Of a stretch of DNA of 64,000 nucleotides, positions 47,628 to 56,428 are shown in pieces. The stretch spans positions 1-64,000 of IMG/VR virus record IMGVR_UViG_3300032217_000845; one strand, 5' to 3'. The notes beneath the pieces are model-generated. The model was not told the origin of the DNA. It searched no databases and was given only the letters and a program-made list of their open reading frames with translations. Positions within the stretch are counted from its first letter, which is position 1. Each line of letters begins with the position of its first letter. Source of the stretch: a virus. Both the position numbers and the translations under genes were made by a program.

Positions 47628-47809
47628 GCAACATCGAATTTATAATCGAGGCGGCCCGCCTTCACTACGCCAATGTCACCTCTGACATACAGAACGCCAG
47701 TACCCGCCTCGAGCACATGAGATTAACCGCTCTAGCTCAGGAAGCTAAGAACCTGGTAACGGAGCTGGAGAACTTCGCATTAACCGATGAGCAGCGAGCA
47801 GCGAGCTGA
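47624..47809 (+). CDS. hypothetical protein
   Basis: 61-aa helical ORF overlapping the upstream stop. Confidence 0.5.
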   Translation: MSNIEFIIEAARLHYANVTSDIQNASTRLEHMRLTALAQEAKNLVTELENFALTDEQRAAS

Positions 47810-47841
47810 AGAGCTCAGCCGCAGAGAGTAACTTCACATTA

Positions 47842-48693
47842 ATGTTTCGAAATGACAAACCGGCCAGGGCCCAGGAATTCATCCAGGCAGCAAAGAACTA
47901 CTTAGGCTACGTAGCGGGACCGATGCTGCGGAACCAGTTCGGCGAGCGCGTAGGGTATAATTCACAACCGTGGGCTGGAGCATTCATTGACGTCGTTGCA
48001 CGTGAGTGCGGCCTGCAGTTACCATCTTGCGTTCAAACCGCATCCGGGCTAGCTGAGCTCATCAACAACGGATTAGTACGAAGTCGACCGCTGCCTGGGG
48101 ACCTGGTCTTTTTTGCCTTCTCCTCCGAAAACGCGGCGAGCGCTTTTGCAATGCCGCATGTTGGGATAGTCATCGATACACGTGAGTACAAGTCAACGGG
48201 TAGATTCCTTACCATCGAAGGTAACGTACGGCCAGCTAATGCAAAGTATGGCCAGGATACCGACGGCGTGCACCAACGGGTCCGCTACCAGGGAGACGTA
48301 CTTGCGTACATTCGTCCGAAGTTCAACGGCAGCCGCAGCGGCCTGCATCCGGTTCAACTTCTCATTAAGGTTATTGCGAAGCTGAGCTCGAAGACGGCCC
48401 GCCTGGAAGCAACCGCTCTTGAAGAAGCGGCCCGCGTACCTAAGGACGTGTCAACCGCTGCGCTGAAGCCAGGTCTACGTAACCGCTCCATCGAAGTGGT
48501 GCAGCTAGCACTGGGTGTAACCGTTAATCTGAAGTCAGCGACGCCAGGTACCTGGGATGCTGCAACCGCGAACGCCTTCGCTAGGTATCAACGTCGCATC
48601 GGATATGTTGGAACCGCTGCCAGTGGTAACGTTGACCGAGTCACGCTACAGAGACTGGCCGCTGAAACCGGACTCTTCCAGGTAACTGATTAA
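47842..48693 (+). CDS. CHAP-like domain plus peptidoglycan-binding domain protein
   Basis: PWAGAF, PGDLVFF, HVGIV, TIEGN; C-terminal LKPG...VQLAL...G.WD..T..A..YQ. Confidence 0.75.
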   Translation: MFRNDKPARAQEFIQAAKNYLGYVAGPMLRNQFGERVGYNSQPWAGAFIDVVARECGLQLPSCVQTASGLAELINNGLVRSRPLPGDLVFFAFSSENAASAFAMPHVGIVIDTREYKSTGRFLTIEGNVRPANAKYGQDTDGVHQRVRYQGDVLAYIRPKFNGSRSGLHPVQLLIKVIAKLSSKTARLEATALEEAARVPKDVSTAALKPGLRNRSIEVVQLALGVTVNLKSATPGTWDAATANAFARYQRRIGYVGTAASGNVDRVTLQRLAAETGLFQVTD

Positions 48694-48858
48694 TCCGAAG
48701 TTAATGCGAAGCTGAAGCTCGAGCTCCGGCCGCCGGCTGAACTTCGCACTAAGGATGAGAAGTTCTCCTCTTTTCTTTTTCCGACTCGCCGTCAAACCGA
48801 CTTGACATAATCTGCAGTGGTTGCTATAGTGAATCCATCACAACCGAAAGGAACCACA

Positions 48859-49059
48859 ATGCCTAAGTACTTCATAAGATTCGATGTTCGCGAAGACTGG
48901 AAGGGCACCTTTGATGCCGACAATCTTGAGCACGCCAAGGAACTAGTTCGCCAGTTAGCCGAAGATGAGATTGGCACGGATGAACTTCCAAACTTCGATG
49001 ACCGCAACATGGGGATTTCCATCGAGGTCTACGAGGACAGTCTTGAGGAACTACCGTAA
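48859..49059 (+). CDS. acidic hypothetical protein
   Basis: TTGACA-17-TATAGT promoter at 48802 and GAAAGGA RBS. Confidence 0.65.
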   Translation: MPKYFIRFDVREDWKGTFDADNLEHAKELVRQLAEDEIGTDELPNFDDRNMGISIEVYEDSLEELP

Positions 49060-49370
49060 TGTGCTACGCATGCGATGACTTTGAATTCGAGGAACCGTGC
49101 CCAACCAAGTTCCCAGGATGCCAAGGTAACTGTTACGGCTTCGACTGCGCGGCATGCTCAGCGAACACGCTTCACCTGGACGAGTACTACATGGTAACCG
49201 ATGAGGTTTGGGAAGCGGCCTGGCCTCAGGACCGCGGCATGCTTTGCATCGGATGCCTTGAGTCGAAGTTGGGAAGGACCTTAACCGCTGCTGATTTCAC
49301 GGATGCCCCAGTCAATGACGGAGTCTTCGGCCAGTCCGAACGGCTAGCGGCCCGCTTGGCCGCGGAGTAA
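49059..49370 (+). CDS. Cys-rich hypothetical protein
   Basis: YYMV.DEVW...LCIGCLE.KLGR.L...DF. Confidence 0.7.
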   Translation: MCYACDDFEFEEPCPTKFPGCQGNCYGFDCAACSANTLHLDEYYMVTDEVWEAAWPQDRGMLCIGCLESKLGRTLTAADFTDAPVNDGVFGQSERLAARLAAE

Positions 49371-49449
49371 CTTCGTACTAACGGCTTGCCTGGAAGACGG
49401 CGAGCGCCTTCCCCAAATCACTATCTCGAACAACGGGTATGCTAACCGT

Positions 49450-49767
49450 ATGAGACACATCGAGATTCACGTAATCGAAACCGAGTTAGACGCGGCAAGC
49501 GCAGTTGCATGCGGCCTGCTCTCTGACCCGTTCTTCGTAACCGTCTGTGCTGACTGCGGAGATGACGTTGGGGGACTCGACATCTTTGAACCGTACTGCC
49601 TAGTACTCGATGAGGTAACCGAGTGGTACCTGTGTACTTACTGCGCTGAACCTGTAACCGACCCAGACACTGTCGACTCCGACTACTACTCACTCGTTGA
49701 GGAAGAACTAACCGACCCTGACGAAGATGACGAAGATGACGGACGCTTTGTAGTTATAGATGACTAG
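49450..49767 (+). CDS. acidic zinc-finger-like protein
   Basis: CADC...CTYC; D/E-rich tail. Confidence 0.6.
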   Translation: MRHIEIHVIETELDAASAVACGLLSDPFFVTVCADCGDDVGGLDIFEPYCLVLDEVTEWYLCTYCAEPVTDPDTVDSDYYSLVEEELTDPDEDDEDDGRFVVIDD

Positions 49768-49822
49768 TTGTAAATCCCGTTTCGTAGCAGTGCCTTCCAC
49801 CGACTTCTAACTACTAATAAGA

Positions 49823-49851
49823 AGTATAGCACTCGACCGACATAAAGTCAA
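49823..49851 (-). promoter_or_regulatory. leftward sigma-A-type promoter
   Basis: Minus strand reads TTGACT-17 nt-TATACT with an extended TG. Confidence 0.65.
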
Positions 49852-50015
49852 ACACTTAGATACTTCTAAATAGAGAAGACATACTTTTAGAAAAAACGAA
49901 TACAAGCGACTAAGACCCTCTACGGAAAAAACGAATACAACTAAACTCATCAGCCGACACTCTGATTAGTAATAAGAAGTTGCTAAATGTCCGAGGGTGT
50001 GCTACTCTCTCTGGT

Positions 50016-50579
50016 ATGGAAATCACAACACTAACTAGACACGAATACACCACAGAACGAGTTGCCAAGCACACAGGCAGTTTGGAGGGTTGCTATGACG
50101 ACTTCCACGTTGGCGAAGTCAATGGCGTAGTTATCTACATAGGAACTGACTACGCTGGCACGATTGACCCTGCCAAGAACCCTTTGAGGTTCTCGGACTA
50201 CTCTGCGAAAGAGATGAAAGGCTTTCAGGAGTATTGGGGACATTGGGACGCTATCAACAAGCACCTCCACAACAAGACCACAAAACCGGGCTGGGGTCTT
50301 ATCAACCTAGTTGTCTATGGCTTTGTAAATGGCATACAGATTGGCGACCCTACAAATGTTCTACACGCTGTTCCAACAGGTTTCACGCCAGAGGCAAACA
50401 GGATAGACGCAGGGGAACTTGTCTGGGTAGAGGTAGAACAGGCTGTAATGGATTGGCTCAACTATCCAGATAGCCAGCCAACACTTCACGCAATAGCAGA
50501 GGCAAAGCGTAAGGAGGCTGTTGCTCTATTCACAGCGAGCCTAGACCTAATCCAGCCTCTCGCCACGCTGATAAAATAA
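50016..50579 (+). CDS. hypothetical early protein (leaderless)
   Basis: TTGCTA-17-TACTCT promoter ends 7 nt before the ATG at 50016. Confidence 0.7.
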   Translation: MEITTLTRHEYTTERVAKHTGSLEGCYDDFHVGEVNGVVIYIGTDYAGTIDPAKNPLRFSDYSAKEMKGFQEYWGHWDAINKHLHNKTTKPGWGLINLVVYGFVNGIQIGDPTNVLHAVPTGFTPEANRIDAGELVWVEVEQAVMDWLNYPDSQPTLHAIAEAKRKEAVALFTASLDLIQPLATLIK

Positions 50580-50674
50580 ATCAGAAATGAACTTGACAAC
50601 TTCGCATTAGTAGTGTAAAGTCGTCAGTAGTTGGAAACCTCCAACGCACAAACTCCGAAAGGACGGAAATACAA

Positions 50675-51154
50675 ATGGCAACAGGAACTATCGTTGGCAA
50701 GGGACTTTACTTAGAGTTCGTTCCAACAGACACCACCACTCCTAGCACTAAGGTAATGCAGGTGCTATTCACACCAGAGGGTATTGACGAGGCTGGCAAC
50801 TATGTTCAGTTCTCAATGCACTCTCGCACTATCTCTGAAACTTCACCTCGCAAACAATGGAGGATTACGAAGTGTGGCACAGAGAATAAAGAGTTGCTTT
50901 CACTTGGCTCTGTTGGACAGGTCAAGGCACAGGAACTCGCTGTCCAAATGGTAGAACGCTTTGAGAAATCACTAGAACGAGCAGTTATGCCAGACAAGAC
51001 AAATCCAACTTGGAAACTTCGGTCTAAGCCAATCGCTGTGGAAATCACTTCCTTTGACTTGTCTGAAATCACAGATTGGAAAACCCCTCTGCCAGCACTA
51101 CGCAGAATACAGAAATGTCGTGTAGCACTTGACTTCCCCGAGAAGTTAGTGTAA
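50675..51154 (+). CDS. hypothetical early protein
   Basis: Own promoter (TTGACA-17-TAAAGT) and GAAAGGACGG RBS. Confidence 0.75.
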   Translation: MATGTIVGKGLYLEFVPTDTTTPSTKVMQVLFTPEGIDEAGNYVQFSMHSRTISETSPRKQWRITKCGTENKELLSLGSVGQVKAQELAVQMVERFEKSLERAVMPDKTNPTWKLRSKPIAVEITSFDLSEITDWKTPLPALRRIQKCRVALDFPEKLV

Positions 51155-51189
51155 GGTCAATACTACAAACCGATAAGGACGGAAAACAA

Positions 51190-52212
51190 ATGACTACAAT
51201 CGCACCAAGCACCACTCCAACTACCGAGTTGGACGACATCTATCCAGACCTTGCTAAACTTGTGTATGGAGTTGCTATTCAGACACTAGACGCTGGCTCT
51301 GTGCCAGCAGGTCTTGATAGCCTACTTCCTACTGCTGGTCGTGCTAACCTCCGAGCAAAGGGAGGCGACACCACCACTAGCAAGAAAGCAAAGGTAGAAC
51401 TATTGGCAGAACCAATCACAGGTGCTACCACCTACACCAGACCAAATGGTCGTGAGTATTATGCTCGTCAATGGGGCGAACACTCTGACGTGGAAGTCTG
51501 TCGCAAGGCTCGGGATAACAAGCAGTTTATCCTACTATACGGAAATCCTGGCTGTGGTAAGACAGCACTCGTTGAGGCTAGTTTCGGGGACGACCTATAC
51601 ACCATTATTGGAACAGGCGATACAGAGGTTGGCGACTTCCTCGGTGGCTATGTCCAAACTCCAAGTGGAGGCTTTGAGTGGATTGACGGAGTTCTAACCC
51701 GAGCAGTTGAGGAGGGCAAAGTCCTCCTGATTGACGAGGTTGGTCTGATTGACCCGAAAGTTATGTCGCTGGTCTATGGACTAATGGACGGCAGAGATGA
51801 ACTCGTCATTACCTCCAATCCAGAACGAGGCACTATCAAAGCCAAGCAGGGGTTCTATGTAATCTGTGCGACTAACCCTAACGCTGTTGGAGTTCGTCTA
51901 TCAGAGGCTCTGCTATCTCGCTGTGTTATTCAGGCTGAAATGACTACTGATTGGTCGCTTGCCAAGAAGTTAGGTGTGCCAGCCTCGGCTACCACGCTTG
52001 CTCAAAACCTGTCTAAGAAACAACTAGCAGGTGAAGTATCTTGGTCGCCACAGTTCCGAGAGTTGGAGGCGTTTAGGGACTTGTCCAAGACCTTTGGAAC
52101 TAAGTGGGCAGTTGCCAACCTAATCGCAACAGCACCCGAAATGGATAGACCTGTCGTGATAGATGTGGCTACCCGAGTATTCGGTGAGGATTGCCGACCA
52201 GCCAAGATTTAG
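51190..52212 (+). CDS. MoxR/CbbQ/CobS-like AAA+ ATPase
   Basis: GNPGCGKT, W.DG.L..A, LLIDE, ATNP, LSEALLSR. Confidence 0.9.
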   Translation: MTTIAPSTTPTTELDDIYPDLAKLVYGVAIQTLDAGSVPAGLDSLLPTAGRANLRAKGGDTTTSKKAKVELLAEPITGATTYTRPNGREYYARQWGEHSDVEVCRKARDNKQFILLYGNPGCGKTALVEASFGDDLYTIIGTGDTEVGDFLGGYVQTPSGGFEWIDGVLTRAVEEGKVLLIDEVGLIDPKVMSLVYGLMDGRDELVITSNPERGTIKAKQGFYVICATNPNAVGVRLSEALLSRCVIQAEMTTDWSLAKKLGVPASATTLAQNLSKKQLAGEVSWSPQFRELEAFRDLSKTFGTKWAVANLIATAPEMDRPVVIDVATRVFGEDCRPAKI

Positions 52213-52338
52213 CACTCCGTCCTGTGCTAATAGGGGGAGGTCAAAGAAGTTGCGAAATGGACTTGACTTCCCCCGACAACTCTGCTACTATCTTACTAGG
52301 TCAGAAACGCTGACCAGAAAATCAGGAAGGATTTTCTA

Positions 52339-54147
52339 ATGGGACACTATTCCAGACTAGCAACACGCACCAGCACCACGCCTCCTGCTTGGCTCAAAAC
52401 CTGCTCGCAGATTGGCACACTCGCTAACACTTGGGCTAATCGTGGCGACCTCGCTGTCTATGGTGGTGAGGACGCAGGTATGGGTGAGGCTCTCGCTTGC
52501 TTTATTCACAGCACAGCAGAGATTGAGGTCAATCTACCAATCGCTTTCGGTAAGGCAACCACGCCTGAAATGGTGGGCGACCTAACAGAACGCTACAACC
52601 AATACGAGTTCCCCGAGGCAACAGGCGTAATCCTCCACGAGGCGTTTCACGCTAGATACTCGGAGTGGAACTACGAACTTATGGACGCTGAAACTAAGAC
52701 AGAGCCAAAGGTTCGGGACGCTTTTATGTTGTTGGAGGAAAGTCGTATTGAGGGGCTGGCTGTCTATCACTTCCCCGAGAACGCATTATTCCTACGAGCC
52801 TCCTCAATGGGGCTGTCTTTCGCAGAGGCAGAAACCTCTATGGAAAAGATGTCTAAGACAGGTGCTTTCGCACACCTCGCAGGTCTGACCCTTGCCAGAG
52901 TTTCGGCAGGTGTCCTTGACGAGTTTGATGTCGCTGGTATCTACAACAGAGTTGCCGAGGTCTTGGGCGAGAAGTGCCTGAAAACTTTGGAGGCTATCTG
53001 GGTAGAGTTCCAGACACTAGACAACACGCTAAACGCTGACCTACTTCGTGGGATTGACCTTGCTCGTAAATGGATAGAGGCTATCAAGGAACGAGCAGAG
53101 GAACGAGGCGAACCAGCAGAACCAGAGTTCGGTGAGGGTATTCCTATTCCACAGGAACTAGCAGAGGCTCTGTCCGAGATTATGGAGGCTCTGGGTGAGG
53201 CTATGGAGGAAACCAAGTCTGCCACAGCAGAGGCTCTGGGTGAGCAACAGCAGGACGAGAACCTGAAAGAGGAAATCAAGGAACGCCAATCCAAAGCCAA
53301 TACCAAAGAGGAACGCAAGGCAGAGGCAGACAGGGTGTTCTCGCACAACTCCACTCTCGGTCAATCTGGTAGCAGTTCCCGATTGGAAAGCACTCGTCCC
53401 CCGAAAGGTGAGGAACGAGCAGGGGCAGTAAAGTTGGCACAGATGTTAGAGAAAGCCAAGTATGTAGAGAGGTCTGCCACAGAGATAGCAACCACTATTC
53501 CACAGGGTCGCCTACGCACTCGGGCTGTCGTCCAAAAGAAAGCGTTGGAGGCTAAGGGCATTAGGTCTGACCTCCCGACTTGGAGGGCTACCAAGCACAA
53601 GCACACCACAGACCCTATCTTGTCTATCGGTGTAATGGTAGATGTATCTGGCTCTATGGGTTCGGCTATGAACCCTATGGCGAGTATGGCTTGGATTTTA
53701 TCCGAGGCTGGTCGCAGAGTTCAGGCTAGAACTGCTATGGTCTATTATGGCTCGGGTGTCTTTCCAACTCTCAAAGTTGGACAGCACTTGGAGGAGGTCA
53801 AGGTCTGGACAGCACCAGACGGAACAGAGGAGTTTGGTCAGGCTTACAAAGCACTTGACGGAGTTCTCGGTCTGACTTATGCCGAGGGCGTGAAGTTGCT
53901 CGTAATCGTATCTGACGGACACTACCGACCAGACCAAGAGAAACAAGTGGTCAAGGCTCTCGCAGAGTGCGACAAGGCTGGCGTGGGAGTTCTCTGGATT
54001 ACACCTGCCGAGTGCCGAGGTGGAAACACCAGCCTCATTAGTGGGACAAATGCCACGCACCTAAACATTACGGACACAGCCTCAATCGCAACTGCTATCG
54101 GCAGGTCGGCAACCGAGGCTCTGACTAAGATTGGAGGGCGAGTGTAA
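52339..54147 (+). CDS. VWA-domain protein with an N-terminal HExxH domain (CobT-like partner)
   Basis: HEAFH, LEESRIE; MIDAS DVSGSM, T, VSDG. Confidence 0.88.
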   Translation: MGHYSRLATRTSTTPPAWLKTCSQIGTLANTWANRGDLAVYGGEDAGMGEALACFIHSTAEIEVNLPIAFGKATTPEMVGDLTERYNQYEFPEATGVILHEAFHARYSEWNYELMDAETKTEPKVRDAFMLLEESRIEGLAVYHFPENALFLRASSMGLSFAEAETSMEKMSKTGAFAHLAGLTLARVSAGVLDEFDVAGIYNRVAEVLGEKCLKTLEAIWVEFQTLDNTLNADLLRGIDLARKWIEAIKERAEERGEPAEPEFGEGIPIPQELAEALSEIMEALGEAMEETKSATAEALGEQQQDENLKEEIKERQSKANTKEERKAEADRVFSHNSTLGQSGSSSRLESTRPPKGEERAGAVKLAQMLEKAKYVERSATEIATTIPQGRLRTRAVVQKKALEAKGIRSDLPTWRATKHKHTTDPILSIGVMVDVSGSMGSAMNPMASMAWILSEAGRRVQARTAMVYYGSGVFPTLKVGQHLEEVKVWTAPDGTEEFGQAYKALDGVLGLTYAEGVKLLVIVSDGHYRPDQEKQVVKALAECDKAGVGVLWITPAECRGGNTSLISGTNATHLNITDTASIATAIGRSATEALTKIGGRV

Positions 54148-54237
54148 TCGGCTCGCCTCCACAAGAACCCGATAGGGATTGAGCAACCGAGGAGTTTCCG
54201 TCCCCTTTCACCTCAACTGCTCTCGCTATTGGTAGAG

Positions 54238-54273
54238 AACCCCTGACAACTTCCCCTTTGGTCAGGGGTTTTC
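54238..54273 (+). terminator. intrinsic terminator with a C/U-rich loop
   Basis: AACCCCTGAC / GTCAGGGGTT followed by TT. Confidence 0.75.
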
Positions 54274-54470
54274 GCTTACCCTGACCGACACACAATGTGT
54301 CCAGCAAAAGCATCTCTGCTGGAACTTCGTATCAACTAATCCGAAGTCAGCCTGAGCTGCCGAGATGGTCGCCTTGTATTCGTTTTTTCCAAACCGACAC
54401 GCCTCCTCGCCTACTTGACAACTTCGTATTAGTTATGGTAAGGTCGTAGTATCAACCGAAAGGGAAACAA

Positions 54471-54767
54471 ATGGACGACAGAGAAATAGCAACTAACGCA
54501 TTAGTCCTACTAGGGGCAACTGCCGAGGGCTGTGCCGAGAATGGATTGGCTAATCCAATCCTGTATCAAAGTTTGGAACTAGCAATAGAACTAGCAGAAC
54601 ACCTAGACGAACCTGACCTAGTAGTGCTACTCAAATCAGCGTTGATTGGAGTGGGCGAGGGGATTGAGGAAACTATGGCTATCGTCAAACAAATCAAATC
54701 GCAGTTTGACTTTATGAACACAAGCGAGTATAATCAGGACACGACACCTAACAAGGAGGACAACTAA
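54471..54767 (+). CDS. hypothetical protein
   Basis: Promoter and GAAAGGG RBS. Confidence 0.7.
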   Translation: MDDREIATNALVLLGATAEGCAENGLANPILYQSLELAIELAEHLDEPDLVVLLKSALIGVGEGIEETMAIVKQIKSQFDFMNTSEYNQDTTPNKEDN

Positions 54768-55663
54768 TGCCAAACTGGGTCTATACATCTATGGCAGTAT
54801 CAGGTAAGAAAGACGACCTGCTCGCCTTTGCTAAGAAAGCCAGCCAGCAACACGAAACTCTATGGCTCACCGAGAGGTGGAAACGCAACGAGGACGGCAC
54901 GAACACCGAAGTCCCCGAGGAGGAACGCAAGATTGAGAAAGAACTATCTCCACCAAGTCCTATCTCGTTCTGGAACTTCTTAGCACCAACAGAGGAGGAA
55001 CTGCCTTACTACTTTGGACACGCAACCAAGCCAGAGGACGAGGCTGACCCTGACGCAACTTCCGAGGAACGACTAGCAAAGGCTCTGTTGTTTGAGGGCT
55101 CGGGCTGGTATGATTGGAATGTTCGCAACTGGGGCTGTAAGTGGGACGCCAATGACGAGGAACTGGACACCGACCTAGACACGCTACAACCACACGATAG
55201 CCTGTCGTATCGTTTCTCTACGGCTTGGTCTCCTGCCGAGGGCGTGTTTCGTGCTATGACCGAACAGCACCCCGAACTATCCTTTGAGTTCTCTTGCGAG
55301 GAGGAACAGGGCTGGGGCGTGGTCTATGACGGCGAGAACGGCTCGCTATCTGTGGCTGACGAGTGGGAGATACCGAACAGCCACGCTGACTATGTGGCGA
55401 GGGATAACGAGGACGGCTGTGCCTGTGCGAGAGATGACGACCAAGAGGATTGGTATTCCGATTGTCCTAGACCGAGTGTTGAGGTTGTCGTAGTGGTAGA
55501 ACACCGATACAAGATTACAGCACCGACCATAGCCGAGGCTTGGGAACTTGCTCTCAACGGCAACCCTGCTGACCTGACGGCAAGCCTGATAGAGGGCGAG
55601 ACTACTGCCTTTGTGATAGGCGAGGACGGCAAGCGTATCTACCCGACCTTAGAGAACGCATAA
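54767..55663 (+). CDS. YubB/DUF1281-like ferredoxin-fold protein
   Basis: MPNW, WYDWNVRNWGCKWDA, FSTAWSP, HPELSF...EE.G. Confidence 0.75.
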   Translation: MPNWVYTSMAVSGKKDDLLAFAKKASQQHETLWLTERWKRNEDGTNTEVPEEERKIEKELSPPSPISFWNFLAPTEEELPYYFGHATKPEDEADPDATSEERLAKALLFEGSGWYDWNVRNWGCKWDANDEELDTDLDTLQPHDSLSYRFSTAWSPAEGVFRAMTEQHPELSFEFSCEEEQGWGVVYDGENGSLSVADEWEIPNSHADYVARDNEDGCACARDDDQEDWYSDCPRPSVEVVVVVEHRYKITAPTIAEAWELALNGNPADLTASLIEGETTAFVIGEDGKRIYPTLENA

Positions 55664-55707
55664 CGGCTCGCCTTGACTAATCAGACGGATTGGTGTAGGG
55701 TAGCCTT

Positions 55708-55941
55708 ATGAGCAAGAACGCAACCGAGGAGTTTGTAGATGTCCTGATTACTTGGGACACCGAGCAAACCGATACAGATGAAGTCGTAGTAGCAATCGGG
55801 GACGGGTCGGTAGTCTATGACGAGGACTTCGCCTTTGACCCCCGAGTGTATTTCTACTTTGATAACCGAGAGCAGTTTGAGTTAGCAAAGACCAAAATAA
55901 TAGAGGACATAAACTTCCAAATCCTACGGGTTTTGGACTAG
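55708..55941 (+). CDS. acidic hypothetical protein (leaderless)
   Basis: TTGACT-17-TAGGGT just upstream; D..VYFYF motif. Confidence 0.65.
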   Translation: MSKNATEEFVDVLITWDTEQTDTDEVVVAIGDGSVVYDEDFAFDPRVYFYFDNREQFELAKTKIIEDINFQILRVLD

Positions 55942-55958
55942 CAAGAAACGGAGTAAAA

Positions 55959-56192
55959 GTGCCAAAGACAAAGCAGATAGATACTTGGGAGTGGTTCATA
56001 GAACGCTACCAAGAACTCGGCTACAAATCACTAAATCAGTTTGCTATCGCAGAGGGCTTTCAGAAGTCCAGCCTTAGCAGATACTTCCACAAGCAAAGAC
56101 AAATGCCAGCAGATACCTTGGTGGCTGTTTGCCTTGCTCTCAAAGTCAAGCCAGAGGATTTGCTGGTTGCTCTGAACGAGTGGAAACGCTAG
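55959..56192 (+). CDS. XRE/Cro-like HTH protein
   Basis: SLNQFA...FQKSSLSRYF...L..VC.AL.V.PEDL. Confidence 0.8.
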   Translation: MPKTKQIDTWEWFIERYQELGYKSLNQFAIAEGFQKSSLSRYFHKQRQMPADTLVAVCLALKVKPEDLLVALNEWKR

Positions 56193-56428
56193 ACCAACCC
56201 CGATAGGGAAACACCTGAGCAAGTGTTCTAAACTGCTCGCCACAATCTGCCTCCGTTTGTATTCGTTTTTTCCTCGGACTTGCGAAATGTCGGAGGCTGT
56301 GATACACTCGCTAATGTGAAGTTCTCCGATAGGACGACACACCAGAGCAAATGAACTTGACAAAGTTTCGTAAGTCTGGTAAGTTCTAAATGTAAAGCCC
56401 AATGATACTAAGTAGATAAGGAAATCAA

